Source of the DNA: Octopus vulgaris
Taxonomy: Eukaryota
Reading direction: 5' to 3'
Length of the DNA stretch: 64,000 bases
NCBI GenBank assembly: GCA_951406725.2
Contig: OX597822.1
Coordinates: 90,768,001-90,832,000 of the forward strand
Shown here: positions 12,982 to 25,034 of the stretch, piece after piece
How the letters are laid out: the number at the start of each line of letters is the position of its first letter
How positions within the stretch are numbered: the stretch's first letter is position 1
Translations under genes and position numbers: made by a program
The notes under the pieces: generated by a model
Databases searched by the model: none
What the model was told of the DNA's origin: nothing
What the model saw: only the letters and a program-made list of their open reading frames with translations

Positions 12982-14334
12982 CTACAATAATTTAGTTTTA
13001 CTTTCAGAGCCTGATACATATTTCTCACCCAACCTCAACAATTCTTCTTTTGTTAGGATATAATCACTTTCTTTCCAAACATCTTTGAGAAAATTTAAAG
13101 TTTGATTAAATATAGGGCCTTTAGGAATATTTTGTTTCATTAAATCGTATCCAGACACAGGGAATCTTGGAGGAATCCATTCATTAAATTCTGTAAGCAA
13201 GTCCTCTTCACCCAAGTATTTAAAAAGTTCTAAAATACGGCCTTTCAATTTGCTATCACGTCCACTCAAGACCATATCTTTATAATACTTAATAATATTT
13301 TCTTTTGATATTTTGTACCGTTCTTCTACTATAAAATTGAGTAAATTCATTTCTTCATTTGACATTTTCACTTTCTGATTTAGCTTCATGACATCTTGGC
13401 TATCATACATTAATGTTGACATCAAAGTCATAGGCAACATAGAGAAACCCTTTGTTCGTTTCCAGACTTGATCCACTTCTTCAATATTCACATTTTCTGC
13501 ATATCCAATATATTTCAAAACCCCTAATTTGGCCATTGTAGCAATAACACTGGTAAAATTGGGACCAGTGATAATTTTTTTCATTTCAACCCAAATTCGT
13601 TCTCCTGCAATATCACTTAAACCAACTGCATTCTCTTCAATGGCTTTAAGATCCTCTGGGTTATGCAACCCGTTTTGTGATGAAATCCTTCCCCAAAATC
13701 TGAAGTACCGAAGGATTCTGATATAATCTTCTTGAATTCTGGTTGCAGGTTCTCCAACAAAACAAACCCTCCTCTCTTCAAGATCTTTCCGACCATTAAA
13801 ATAATCATAGAGAATTCCATTAAAATCTAAAAACATGGCATTTATAGTCAAATCCCTTCTACTGGCATCTTGATGCCAGTCTTGTGTAAACTCTACTTTA
13901 GCATGACGACCATCTGTTTTCACATCAATCCGTAAAGTTGTGATTTCATAGTTTTCACAATCATTGATCCTTGCCGTGACTGTTCCATGTGATTCTCCTT
14001 TCAAATTAATCATTCGGATGTTTTCTTTAGTAAAAAAATCTTTCATCTGTTCAGGAGTTGCAGTTGTAGCAAAATCGATGTCTTCTGGCTTCTTACCTGT
14101 CAGTAAATCCCTTACAGCACCACCAGCAATACGCAGTTCATAATTATATTTTTTAAACAAATTAATGAGGGATATCAAATTTGGGTTAAACAAGCTGTAA
14201 AATTCAGGTGTATTAACAGTAGATGTTATGAGCTTTCCCATTTTAGGTTGTGTGGTTGGTTTGTAAGTGCCATAAAATGTCTTTTGTATGTGTAGCCTTA
14301 ACCAACAAGTGGATCTCATCAATAGCAGTTTCAT
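12982..14334 (-). CDS. TRNT1: CCA tRNA nucleotidyltransferase 1 (class II CCA-adding enzyme), single coding exon
   Basis: 450-aa uninterrupted ORF with class II motifs: GGAVRDLL..DIDFAT (catalytic DxD), DASRRDLTINAM (RRD), QEDYIRILRYFRF (EDxxR amino-acid template) and ERI. Basic/hydroxylated N-terminal extension precedes a second Met (14241). Confidence 0.97.
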   Translation of the reverse strand: MKLLLMRSTCWLRLHIQKTFYGTYKPTTQPKMGKLITSTVNTPEFYSLFNPNLISLINLFKKYNYELRIAGGAVRDLLTGKKPEDIDFATTATPEQMKDFFTKENIRMINLKGESHGTVTARINDCENYEITTLRIDVKTDGRHAKVEFTQDWHQDASRRDLTINAMFLDFNGILYDYFNGRKDLEERRVCFVGEPATRIQEDYIRILRYFRFWGRISSQNGLHNPEDLKAIEENAVGLSDIAGERIWVEMKKIITGPNFTSVIATMAKLGVLKYIGYAENVNIEEVDQVWKRTKGFSMLPMTLMSTLMYDSQDVMKLNQKVKMSNEEMNLLNFIVEERYKISKENIIKYYKDMVLSGRDSKLKGRILELFKYLGEEDLLTEFNEWIPPRFPVSGYDLMKQNIPKGPIFNQTLNFLKDVWKESDYILTKEELLRLGEKYVSGSESKTKLL

Positions 14335-16263
14335 TATTTAAACAAATTTACATTGTAGTAGATTATCATACTTACAATATCATTGTCAAATTTTTCAAAT
14401 ATGACTGCAAAATTCTGCAATTAAAACAAGGAAGAATTAGTGTTGTATGTGATACAAAGTTAATGAATTAATAATTGCCAAGTTAAAAAAAAAAACAAGA
14501 AAAAAAACAATACAATGGAATGAAGAAATTTTCCTTAGATCCTTAATAGCTATGTCCTATTTTGGCACTAGTATTGATTAAAACTGAAACAAAAGACACA
14601 AAAAAGAACCCCTCAACATATACCTCTATAAATACATATTAATTCAGTTGATCAAACTACTGAATCCACATTGTTGAATGATAGAGATATACCATATGTG
14701 ATATACCCATTGTGAAGTCTTTTATCTTTTACTTATGATCATGCTAGGGCACTGCCTTGAATAAATTTTAGTCAAATGAATCAACCCTAGTACTTTTTGT
14801 TTTTAAAGCTTGGTACTTATTCTATCGATCTCTTTTGCCGAACTGTTAAATTACAGGGATGTAAACACACTAACACCAGTTGGCAAGTGGTGGTGGGGAA
14901 CAAACACACATACATATGTATATGACAGGCTTCTTTCAGTTTCCGTCTACCAAATCCACTCACAAGGCTTTGGTTGGCCTGAGGCTATAGTAGAAGACAC
15001 TTGTCACACAGCGAGACCGACCCTGGAACCACATTTTTTTGTTATTTTCAAGGGTTAACTTTATATGGTTCTAAACATGCCCATCATACTTTTTGTACTG
15101 CAAGTTTTCTAAGGGATTATACAGGGTTGTGAGGCTTTTAGAAATCCCATGATTATTTAGGAAGTATTTCAACTCAGCATACATTAACCCCTTAGCAATC
15201 AGATTACTCTGTTAAATGTAATGCTTATTCATTAACATTGCTTCCGTGCCGGTGGCACGTAATAAGCACCATCCGAACATGGCTGATGCCAGCGCCGCCT
15301 TGACTGGCTTCCGTGCCGGTGGCACGTAAAAAGCACCAATCCAATCGTGGCCGCTGCCATCCTCGCCTGGCACATAAAAAGCACCCACTACACTCATGGA
15401 GTGGTTGGTGTTAGGAAGGGCATCCAGCTGTAGAAACACTGCCAGATCAGACTTGAGCCTGGTGCAGCCTTCTGGCTTCCCAGATCCCCGGTCGAACCGT
15501 CCAACCCATGCTAGCATGGAGAACGGACATTAAACGATGATGATGATGATGATTGTTTAGAATTAATCATGCATTATCTCATGGTTTCAATGATGTGATT
15601 GATTATTTTGTAGTCTAAGTATAAGAGGTCAGATCTGACCAGTTTGAACATGAAATAGGTGGAATATTTGGGCCAGATATGATTCATTTAAATGCTAAAG
15701 GTTTACAGAGCCACACCTTTCTATTTGAATGAATAAACAATACAATTCTAAAAATAAAAAAAAAATATATAAGCTAAGCATTGTTTAACAGTATAAATAT
15801 TTGTCATTCTTTTGTTATGAGTATATACAATTGTTGAATGTTTATTTTTTTACAGACATTTTATAAATCATTCTATTATCGAATACCTTGTCATGAATGA
15901 AAATCAAGTAATTTCACTTGATTCTATTGTTATTTTTACTTGCTCTCTTACTTCTCTTGTTCTCTTCCTATGTATGTATGCATGTGTATATATGTATATG
16001 TGTGTATGTATGTATGAATGCCTGTAAGAATACAGACACACACATATTTCTCAAGACAGTCATTAAAGACATTAAATTACCACCTTTAAAATATTACAAA
16101 ATGGAAAGAAAAGCATTAATTTCTGTTTTGTACATTCATTTAAGAAAACTTATGAAAAAATATTCATTTTCCTCTGCTTAATTTTAATATGTTATCTTCT
16201 TTACAATACTACTAATGTGTTTGCATATGGTCAATTGTATGTTGCTCCCAGTAGGGGTCAAGG

Positions 16264-16647
16264 GTGGAGGCGCAATGGCCCAGTGGTTAGGGCAGCGGAC
16301 TCGCGGTCATAGGATCGTGGTTTCGATTCCCAGACCAGGCGTTGTGAGTGTTTATTGAGCGAAAACACCTAAAGCTCCATGAGGCTCCGACAGGGGATGG
16401 TGGTGATCCCTGCTGTACTCTTTCACCACAACTTTCTCTCACTCTTACTTCCTGTTTCTGTTGTACCTGTATTTCAAAGGGCCGGCCTTGTCACTCTCTG
16501 TGTCACGCTGAATATCCCCGAGAACTACGTTAAGGGTACACGTGTCTGTGGAGTGCTCAGCCACTTACACGTTAATTTCACGAGCAGGCTGTTCCGTTGA
16601 TTCGGATCAACCGGAACCCTCGTTGTCGTAACCGACGGAGTGCTTCC
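16264..16647 (+). mobile_element. tRNA-derived SINE (different family) with 11-bp TSD
   Basis: TGGCCCAGTGG / GTTTCGATTCC boxes; flanked by AGGGGTCAAGG at 16253-16263 and 16648-16658. Confidence 0.88.
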
Positions 16648-17229
16648 AGGGGTCAAGGATCCATCAGATGTAAAGAATTTTGGTGGTCAATGTCAAATTA
16701 CTATATCAACATCTCACAAGCATCTCAATTATGAAAATGTAAAATGTGAGTGAAAATACACCAGGCTGGGCTGTAAATGACATTTTCAGACTGTAGGACA
16801 TGTTTTTTGGTATTGCCATGTGTCACCAACAATGCCAAACAGCTGGAGACTAAGAACTACCATTCTTGGTGTCCAATAATAAATTTGCTGGTGTGCGCAA
16901 AGCTTTGTAAAGCTGGAATTTATTAATTAAGAGCATACTGAACAGCAATTATTAAAATAAATTGTACATATATATTTAATATGTTCATGTACACAAATGT
17001 GGAAGGCCTATGTTACAGAAACTGTCTAGGAAGAGAAATTCTCCTTATAAGCAATGCGAGTGAAAACAGACTGAACTGGGTTATAGAAGATGTAATTGCA
17101 CTGTAGGTCCTGTGTTTCTGCATTGTGACATACTTCATTAGCTACAAATCTGAATCTCTTGTTCTTAGCCCACTAAAAACTGCTGTTCTTATATGTAAAT
17201 AAAAAATAAAATATAAATGTATAGTTTCA

Positions 17230-18516
17230 TTTTAATCATCATGGTTAGTTGCCTTTAGGTTTCCCTATTTTTCTTCATGTATCTGTATTAATTATCGTGA
17301 TATCACTGCTCATATCCAATTGTAACTTGATATTCACATTAATCATTTTTATGGACACAAATTTTCTTTTCTGAGCCTCACTTAAAATTTTTTTAACAAT
17401 ACATTCTTTCTAGAATTTTTTTTTGTTTGACCCTTCTTTTTTGTTTTGCTATACAATGTGAGCTTTTATGACCAATTTTTCCACAATCAAAACATTTATG
17501 ATTTTTAAAAGGACAACTACTTCTAAAATGTAAACTGCCGCACCCATAGCAAGGATTTGGCCTTGACATTCGTTTTTCTTTTTCTTTATCCATTTCAGGA
17601 TGACACACATGTATCTGGGAGCAATCTTTTTCTTCAATTTTATCCATGTCATGCCTTAAATTTATAATATTCTGGCATCCTTCAGTCACTGCCTATAGAG
17701 TTAATTTTTGGTCCTGTTCTAATTTTGTTAATGTACAGGAATGTATATCAGCATCTTTTCTTGCTGTTAATTCTTGAACAAAAATTATATATTTGAACAA
17801 ATCCAGGATTAATTCATTTAATTTGAATTTTTCACACTCTCTGTTAATGACCCCAGCACAGGTGACAAAATCTTCATCATCTTTTTTAACTAGATTTAAA
17901 CATTGCCAACAAGTATTGAACAGGGAACATTTTTCACTGAAAATTCTCAATAACAAATTAACTGTTTCATCGAAACAAACCTCACCTGGTTTCTTCACCA
18001 GAATATAGTTACCAGTATTTTTCGTGTTTAGCAGGTGATAACTTTCTTAAAAATAGTCGCACCTTCTTCTCATCATTCCAATTTTTACATTCTTCTTTGA
18101 AGGTTTCTTCATATCTTTGAAAATATGAAGAGAAAATGGTACCTTCTTCTGGGTTATAACTAAATACTCCAATTGAATTTGCTACACCATCTGACAAGAA
18201 CGAACCTAAAGTATTTTCAGACTTCTTCAACATTACTTCCTGTAACTGTTGATATTGTTGTTGTTGCTATTATAGTTGTAGTTGTAAATTTTAACATCCT
18301 ACACAAGCTTCGAATATACTGTCACCACTTTTATATCCCGCCACAGGTTGGAATAGATAAATTATGTAGCAGAGGTTTAATCAATATCTTCACATGATGT
18401 GCTTTGCGAGACAACCAAAACACTCTCCCCACTACTACTGACTACTACACTTTATAAGAGTTTGCCTAGTCCACTCTCCAATCTGCCAGGGGGTGTCAAT
18501 GACGCTCACCACAACA
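17230..18516 (-). mobile_element. Ty3/Gypsy 5' part (LTR, gag, protease), same family as the 57-kb element
   Basis: LTR homologue at 18330-18516; gag MLKKSENT.. shared with 57240; CYGCGSLH..C / CFDCGKIGHKSSHC knuckles; LQLDMSSDITII protease remnant. Confidence 0.85.
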
Positions 18517-18799
18517 GTACGTTTGGTCAGTTGTTCGCCAAGTTACACCTGTTCAATTGCACAACATCTCAAGTGTCTTCTACTATAGCCCTGGACTAAC
18601 CAAAGTCATGTAAGGAAATTTGGTGGATAGAAATTGTAAAGTGTGTGTGTGCGTGCAAACACATTTGTGTGAGTGTTCACAAAACTACACTATATGTACC
18701 TATATGAATAGGTCCTGCAACTGGTAAAGAACAAATTTTCACGGAATGGTTAGGGTGACAGTAGCCATTAAACCAGTTTTTACATAAATAAGTACAGTG

Positions 18800-19860
18800 C
18801 CTGGTAATGCTACACAACTGCCGTGATAACTGGTAGGTCTCGATGCTGTAACATCTTGGATCTCACAAAAGTCTGCTCCGAGGCCAGATCAATGACAAGG
18901 TGACACTTCTGGCTGTCAATCCTCCATTCACTTGTATGCTGCCAATTACAGTCCTTTTACATCTTCTCAGGGTTAGGGTTTCTTTAAAATATTCGGCTGA
19001 CGGTGCCCCTTCTAGTTTTCTGAATCTCCTTTCATTACCGTCTTACTATCTTTCTTTCATGTAGAGTAATCAAAACCGAGATCTCCCTTTTCACCACATG
19101 TCCCACACTCTCTCCTAAGCTTGAACTTTTTACGACCATACTGCCTTTGCTCTCTCTTCAGGCTGTAATAATCTTGTGTCTTGTGTCCTGGCTCCCCATA
19201 GTGCCAACAATGTATTCCAATCATCTCTTGTTCTTTCTTCTTCAAACAGCTTTCTCTTTTATGTCCAATCTTCTTGCAGTACCAACAACTTCCATTAAAT
19301 CTTCCTGTTTCATGTACTTGCACCTTCCTTGCTTTAAATCTGGAACTGTAGTCCACCTGGAATCTTCTTGTGCTAGACCTCACATACAACTCAAATTCCA
19401 GAGCTCTAGCCAATGCCTCTTGCATAATATTTGACTGTGCTTGTTTCACTTGAACTTTGAGCTCTGCATTACCCAAAGTGTCAATAAACTGCTCTTTTAG
19501 TAGAAGAGCCAAAAGTTCCTGGGCAAGCTGTTGTAGTGATTCTCCTCTAGCCCTTATGTGGGTCTGAAATCATACCCTGAACACTTCACTCAGGCACATA
19601 GTCCCATATCTTCTCTCTAACACTTAACTAGTGAAGAGTAACAGCTTCTCTCCTCCACAGACAACTGACTCAGTACCTCAAGTGCAGTGCCCTTTAGCAA
19701 GCTGAACTGCTCTTTGCCTATCATCCCATCCATTTTGGTCTACCAATAGCTCAAACTGGATACAGTAGGCCTCCCATGACACTTTGCCATCAAATTCTTG
19801 TGGCTACTTCTTAACAGGGACTGTACTACTGTAGCCTTGCACTTTTTTGCACCAATTGTT
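18800..19860 (-). mobile_element. Second Gypsy-type gag/protease remnant
   Basis: FDGKVSWEAY..QFE, EQFIDTL, and CWYCKKIGHKRESC zinc knuckle. Confidence 0.75.
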
Positions 19861-20249
19861 TGGCTACTTAAAGCTGCATAACTTCTTTTCTATCTAATAT
19901 ATTGTGATGAGGTCTTCACCAAAAGATTCTACTCATTGAGTTCTTTTAAATAGTCATAATTGAAGAATAGTTTTTCTGAGAAATTACAAGGTTGAGATAA
20001 AACTGAATTAGTGATAAAGTGTTAAACTGGCAGTAGGTGAGTAAAAGTTGGAAACAGATAAAGAAAAAGTTATGCAGCTTTAAGTGGTGAAAATTAATGA
20101 TAATTTGTTGTTTCCAACTTTTACTCACCTACTGATATATATATATATATAACCCCTTGATTTATAACTACTTTAATAAGTGCTAATGGACAAAACTCTT
20201 GGTTCCTTGAGTCACTTTGTAACTTCTACCAAATATTAATTTCAAATTT

Positions 20250-20450
20250 TGGTATAAGGCCAGCAATTTCAGGGTGATGGGGTAAGTCAGTTACATCAAC
20301 CCCAGTACTCAACTGGTATTTATTTCATCGACCCTGAAAGGATGAAAGGCAAAATGGATCTCGGTAGATTTTGAACTCAGAATGTAAAGACAGATGATGC
20401 CAAAAGCATTTCACCTGGTGTGCTAATGGTTCTTGCAAGCTCGCTGCCAA
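20250..20450 (-). mobile_element. SINE fragment; diverged homologue at 20-170
   Basis: TTATTTCATCGACCCTGAAAGGATGAAAGGCAAA..TTTGAACTCAGAATGTAAAG is shared with 60-165. Confidence 0.65.
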
Positions 20451-20526
20451 ATATTAATGTGTGGGTGTGTGCACGAGCATTTACATCTATGTTTTGAGTT
20501 CTATTTTTCTTGTTTGCATCACAAAA

Positions 20527-20584
<58 letters not shown>

Positions 20585-20766
20585 TTAGGGAATAAATCCA
20601 AATTTACAGGGAAAAATCAGATTTAGGATTGAATCTAATTTTATAGTAAAATATTATATTATATTAAATTAGAGACAAAACCACTATTATGCAAATCAAA
20701 CAAAGAAAGACTTAAGCCAATACATAAAATAATTTATATAAATTTAGAAATTTAACAATTATAAAT

Positions 20767-20827
20767 AACCACTACGATCGTTTCATGTCTTATTTCAGCA
20801 CATCTTTGAGACATTCTTCAGGTGGTT
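20767..20827 (-). ncRNA. Type I hammerhead ribozyme, canonical core (inverted copy)
   Basis: Reverse complement reads aaccac-CTGAAGA-ATGTCT..AGACAT-GAAA-CGATC-GTA-gtggtt, with a perfect 6-bp stem I. Confidence 0.87.
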
Positions 20828-20893
20828 TCAAAACCTTCTTGGCAAGTTTTAAACTATGAGTTCATAGTTTAAAACTCGCCAAGAAGGTTTTGA

Positions 20894-20954
20894 AACTACC
20901 TGAAGAATGTCTCAAAGATGTGCTGAAATAAGACATGAAACGATCGTAGTGGTT
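20894..20954 (+). ncRNA. Type I hammerhead ribozyme, canonical core
   Basis: aactac-CTGAAGA-ATGTCT..AGACAT-GAAA-CGATC-GTA-gtggtt: stem I, stem II, palindromic stem III (ACGATCGT) and GUA cleavage triplet. Confidence 0.85.
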
Positions 20955-21056
20955 ATTTATAATTGTTAAATTTCTAAATTTATATAAATTATTTTATGTA
21001 TTGGCTTAAGTCTTTCTTTGTTTGATTTGCATACTAGTGGTTTTGTCTCTAATTTA

Positions 21057-21107
<51 letters not shown>

Positions 21108-21110
<3 letters not shown>

Positions 21111-21286
21111 TTAATCCAAACAAGAAAGCACAAAAAATCACAACAACGTGAGGACGTGGAACAAATATAGTATTATTGGACGCTCAGGAAAGACGGAGGG
21201 TTTAACGTTTCGAGCGGAGCTCTTCGTCGGAAACATAGGAGAAGGGAAGACACAGGAAAAAAAATCGCCAACGGTACACACGAGGT

Positions 21287-21295
<9 letters not shown>
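21108..21295 (-). mobile_element. Family B Penelope-terminal element
   Basis: Homologous to 41980-42163(+) and 62455-62672(-); shares TTCCTGAGCG..ATACTA with family A; sits within (TA)n. Confidence 0.7.
21200..21234 (-). ncRNA. Minimal hammerhead (family B)
   Basis: Reverse complement: gttt-CCGACGA-A-GAGC-TCC-GCTC-GAAA-C-GTT-aaac. Confidence 0.65.
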
Positions 21296-21325
<30 letters not shown>

Positions 21326-21924
21326 CAAAGTAAGTAACACGATTTTATACACCCTACTTGAAATCCTGTTACTTATTTTGATTTTATTCACCTTACTTCA
21401 AGCTGTGCGGATAATACAGGACTGACTTTCTATTTTGGAGATAAAAAATAAAACGCAATATTTTGACAGTACTTTGGACACACACAATAATCGTACTTAT
21501 TCTCATCTCAAAAAATAACTTCGCATTTTAAATATGAAATCACCACCCACAAAAACAAAAAAAAAAACGAAAAAGGTATGTGTGTGTGTGTGCATGCGTG
21601 TAAAGGCAAAATCCTATTTTCCGTTCTTGAAAACAGAAGAATCCGAAGAATTTCATTTTTAATGGGTGTGTCTATTCGATTCGCCCATGGAGCCATTTGA
21701 AAGAGTATCGACATCATTACTTTCATTTTGTAATCACGAACCGAAAAAATGTCAATATTTAATTCCGATGTCAAGCAGATCGTGCTATTTTTAGTGATAT
21801 GTAATTGAAGAGGCGAAGTAATAAAGTTTTAATTATCATGTAAATGCTCACTAACAGCTGAATGTTTTTCCCAAAATAGAAAATCCAAACGTTAAATTAA
21901 AAAAATCAAGCAATTTCTTTTTAC

Positions 21925-21980
21925 CTTATTTGACAAGAGTATCGTAGTAGAGTTTGTAAAACTTTGCAGTACTTCCGCTT
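21925..21980 (-). other. TRNT1: Putative non-coding first exon of TRNT1
   Basis: Minus-strand donor AAG|GTAAAA at 21925/21924 next to an ETS motif (GCGGAAGT, 21971-21978). A matching acceptor (ctaat..ttccttgttttaattgcAG) lies at 14415-14416, just upstream of the CDS. The 5' boundary is approximate. Confidence 0.5.
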
Positions 21981-22466
21981 AAGACAAATTTAACTTATCA
22001 ACCGGAGTAGACTCCCTTCCGTAATTCTTGTGAATGGTGAGATTGAAAAGTAATGATTTCTGATGCAAGCTGACCCCCCACCCCTTATTTCACTTTACCC
22101 GCAAAATGAAGGTCGGGGACGATATTGGTGATTAAATCACTCTATTTATTGCAGTGAACTCGTAAATTTGAAAATCTAGGTGACCTCCACAATGGGATTT
22201 GAACATAGAATTGCAAGGCATTATGTACACCGACACAAAAATTCCGTTTATGTATGATAGTTTTATACGGCGAGTGGTGAGAAAGCGGATGTAAATAAAG
22301 GATCGTCTGCTCCGATGATCAGGTGGCCATGATAGCTGAACGCTCGAGCGATTACTTCCGGTGTGCAGCGCATGTCTGTTACAACGTGTCAATATGGAAC
22401 ACCAGGTTATTCTGTGGTACCCATGAAAGAAATTCATACGTATGGTGAAGGAAATTTACCGAGAAC
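21960..22466. promoter_or_regulatory. Bidirectional TRNT1/GOLGA4 promoter region
   Basis: Repeat-free, relatively CpG-rich stretch between the divergent first exons, with several ETS-type cores (ACTTCCGC 21971, CTTCCGT ~22016, ACTTCCGG ~22354). Confidence 0.6.
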
Positions 22467-22547
22467 ATGTTCCGAAAACTGATTAAAAAACTTGAACAGG
22501 GAGTTGGAAACTCTAATATACCCCTACCTTTCACGGAAACTGAAAGT
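22467..22547 (+). CDS. GOLGA4: Golgin subfamily A member 4 (golgin-245), exon 1
   Basis: ATG..AGT|gtgagt, 27 codons, MFRKLIKKLEQGVG..., resembling the MFKKLK N-terminal motif of golgin-245/golgin-97; phase 0. Confidence 0.8.
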
Positions 22548-24615
22548 GTGAGTAAGAGTACTTGTCTGGTCAATGTATCCATATGAGTGGTTTGTATTCA
22601 TTCTGGAGTGGGAGTGGTAGTCATATTTTAATTATCATTGAAAGAATGCCCCAAGAATGCCCCTGGCTGGTTTGTTGTAAATTCTTTGTTTGCGTCATCA
22701 ATTTATATATCGTCGGTGATCTTCATACGAAGTTCCTATTAAATTTTAGTTATAAAACGAGATAAGGTTGTGTTTACGAATCGCACGATTTGTTTTGATT
22801 GTGACCAGAGTTTTAGACTGAAAGTAAGCATAGGTTTATCAAAAAAAAAAAAAAAATAATAATAATAACCGTATATTAAACATCGCAAGTAAGTAATAAT
22901 GTGTAAATTGTTACATTTATACAGTATACCAGTTCATTATAAACAAAACAGAAGGACAATATACAACACATAAGTATTTAAAATACTTCGGCTTAGTAAC
23001 TTCCTCAATCAATTATGTGTACCCCGTGTACGAACCTAACCGTCTAGTCATTGTAAGTGGGTGTCTTTGTAAAAAATTCCTTCCAGACAATTCGTTAAAA
23101 TAACCTTAAATAACCGAAAATAAGATGTAAGTGCAGAATTTGTGATAGAGAGTTTTGGAGGTGCTTTGTAATGTAATCGATAATAGTCGCCAGTTGTTCG
23201 TATACAATTAGTAGCACGTTACACTTTTCTGTCTCAAACTGGTAACACACATACACACACACAAGGCCTATATATAGTGGTTGACTCTGCTGGTACTTTG
23301 GTCTGGGTCCAGAGTGCTAAAGAAGGGCCCATAACTATCTGCCAGGCGTGTCCTCAAAAAAGTAAACAAAAACCTTGCACTTTCCTTTCAATTTTGAGAG
23401 GACTCCATCCACAAGAACCCGAAAGCAGTCTTGCCTCGCCGTACGAACTTTCGAAAAGCTGTTTACACATCCGGTATGCTATCTTAGGCTTTATTTGTTG
23501 GATCCTTACTTATATAGACAACGATCTCATGCCTTACCCTATCTAGTTGTTAGTCTTGGAGAACATACAACTATAATCCTCAAAATGAAAAGTCATCTCT
23601 GATGATCTATCCTGGTTACATTACAGCAAAAACTGCAACCTTCCTCCTCAGGGTCTGTAAATAATTCTGTTCTTATCAGTTACTTACCCAAGTTCACATG
23701 AAATTCACAGTTGTGTACTGCTTCCACGTATGGAACGACGTCGCTCCTATACTCACTGATATTTTAACCCATATCCAAAAGAATATCCAACTGAGTGGGT
23801 GAGACTCACCAACATATCTGACCAACAGACACACTGTCTCTTCTCTCTGTGCCTAAGTTACTGCTACAACAGTGGTCTCTGCTCCTCTAAACCGGTTATT
23901 TGCGTACGAACTTCACTTGACACACCCATCTCTTGTTTCATTACACGCTCTATTTTACCCTTATCACATCAGCTTCAATCATTGTTATCACTTCTTTCAT
24001 GTTCACATTGTTCTTTATTTCCAAGTTTTCTCTGATTGCTTTTTCTAAATCACCCACTTTCCAGACATGTTAATAGGTTGTGTCTAGGAAGAGATTTGGT
24101 TATTAACTTCCACTTAGTAACATTTTCCTTACTACTGTCAGTTTACAAATGATGGCTGCAGTAAATGAATATAGGCATGACTGTGTGGTTAAGAAACATA
24201 CTTTGTAACCATATGGTTTTGGGTTCAGTCCCACTGCATGACACCTTGGGCAAATGTCTTCTACTATAACCTTCAGTTCAACAAAACCTTGTGAGTAAAT
24301 TCGATTGACAGAAACTGTAGAAGCCTGTAGTGTGTATTGCGTTGGGATGTAGAAATATATTGATTAGTGTCTGAGGGTCAGTAAGCCCACTGGAAGTGTG
24401 TGACCAAGGAATCCCCTTAGCAGAAGTTTAACTAGTTTGTAAAACCTGCTGCTCTACAGAGCCAGATATCTTGCACTTTGCTTGTCTCTGCACTTGGTAT
24501 TAATTAGTGAGTCTCTGTGATGTCGTGCAAGTTGCACAGGCATCGCTGACAGTTGTCAGTGGTGGTCATGCTCATCTAACAAGTAGACAGCATTATTATC
24601 TATGTATTTACATAT

Positions 24616-24797
24616 ATAGGGAGAATTCACAAAAAAACAAAAGACGAAGACAGGTGGTGTAGACAGCAAACAGATGTATTAGTATAACACTCAGGAAGTG
24701 AAAAAGTCGTTAACGTTTTGAGCCTGCGCTCTTCCACAGAAAGAAACAAAGGAGAGAAAATAAAGAATGTGTAGTGGCTAGTGATCTATCGTGGCGA
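24616..24797 (-). mobile_element. Family A Penelope-terminal element
   Basis: Reverse-complement homology to 11613-11820; GAAA is mutated to AAAA. Confidence 0.75.
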
Positions 24798-25034
24798 AAT
24801 ATTTACATATAAATACGTATGTTTTTGTCTTTGTGTATATCTTCAGCCCACTGCTTGACAACTGGTGTTGGTTTGTCTATGTCCCTGTAAATTAGTGGTT
24901 TTGGCAAAAGAAACCAATAGAATAAGTACCACACTTAAAAATATAAGCACTGGGGTTGATTTGTTCTATTAAACTCTTCAAGGCTGTGCCCTACCATTTC
25001 CACAGTCTGATACATGTAACAGCTGAAAGCTATA

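Larger units (their letters stand above)
20651..21070. repeat. ~420-bp near-perfect palindrome (about 205-bp arms, 2-nt spacer at 20860-20861)
   Basis: Direct reading: aaactatga-gt-tcatagttt at the centre, with arms complementary apart from a few mismatches. Confidence 0.95.

Noticed and set aside
16264-16335. tRNA gene
   Set aside because: A/B boxes are present but run into a SINE body with a TSD; the same holds for 42186 and 32750-32822.
16745-17140. Two degenerate ~80-bp direct repeats as possible intronic snoRNAs
   Set aside because: No well-placed C/D or H/ACA boxes were found; too diverged to support a call.
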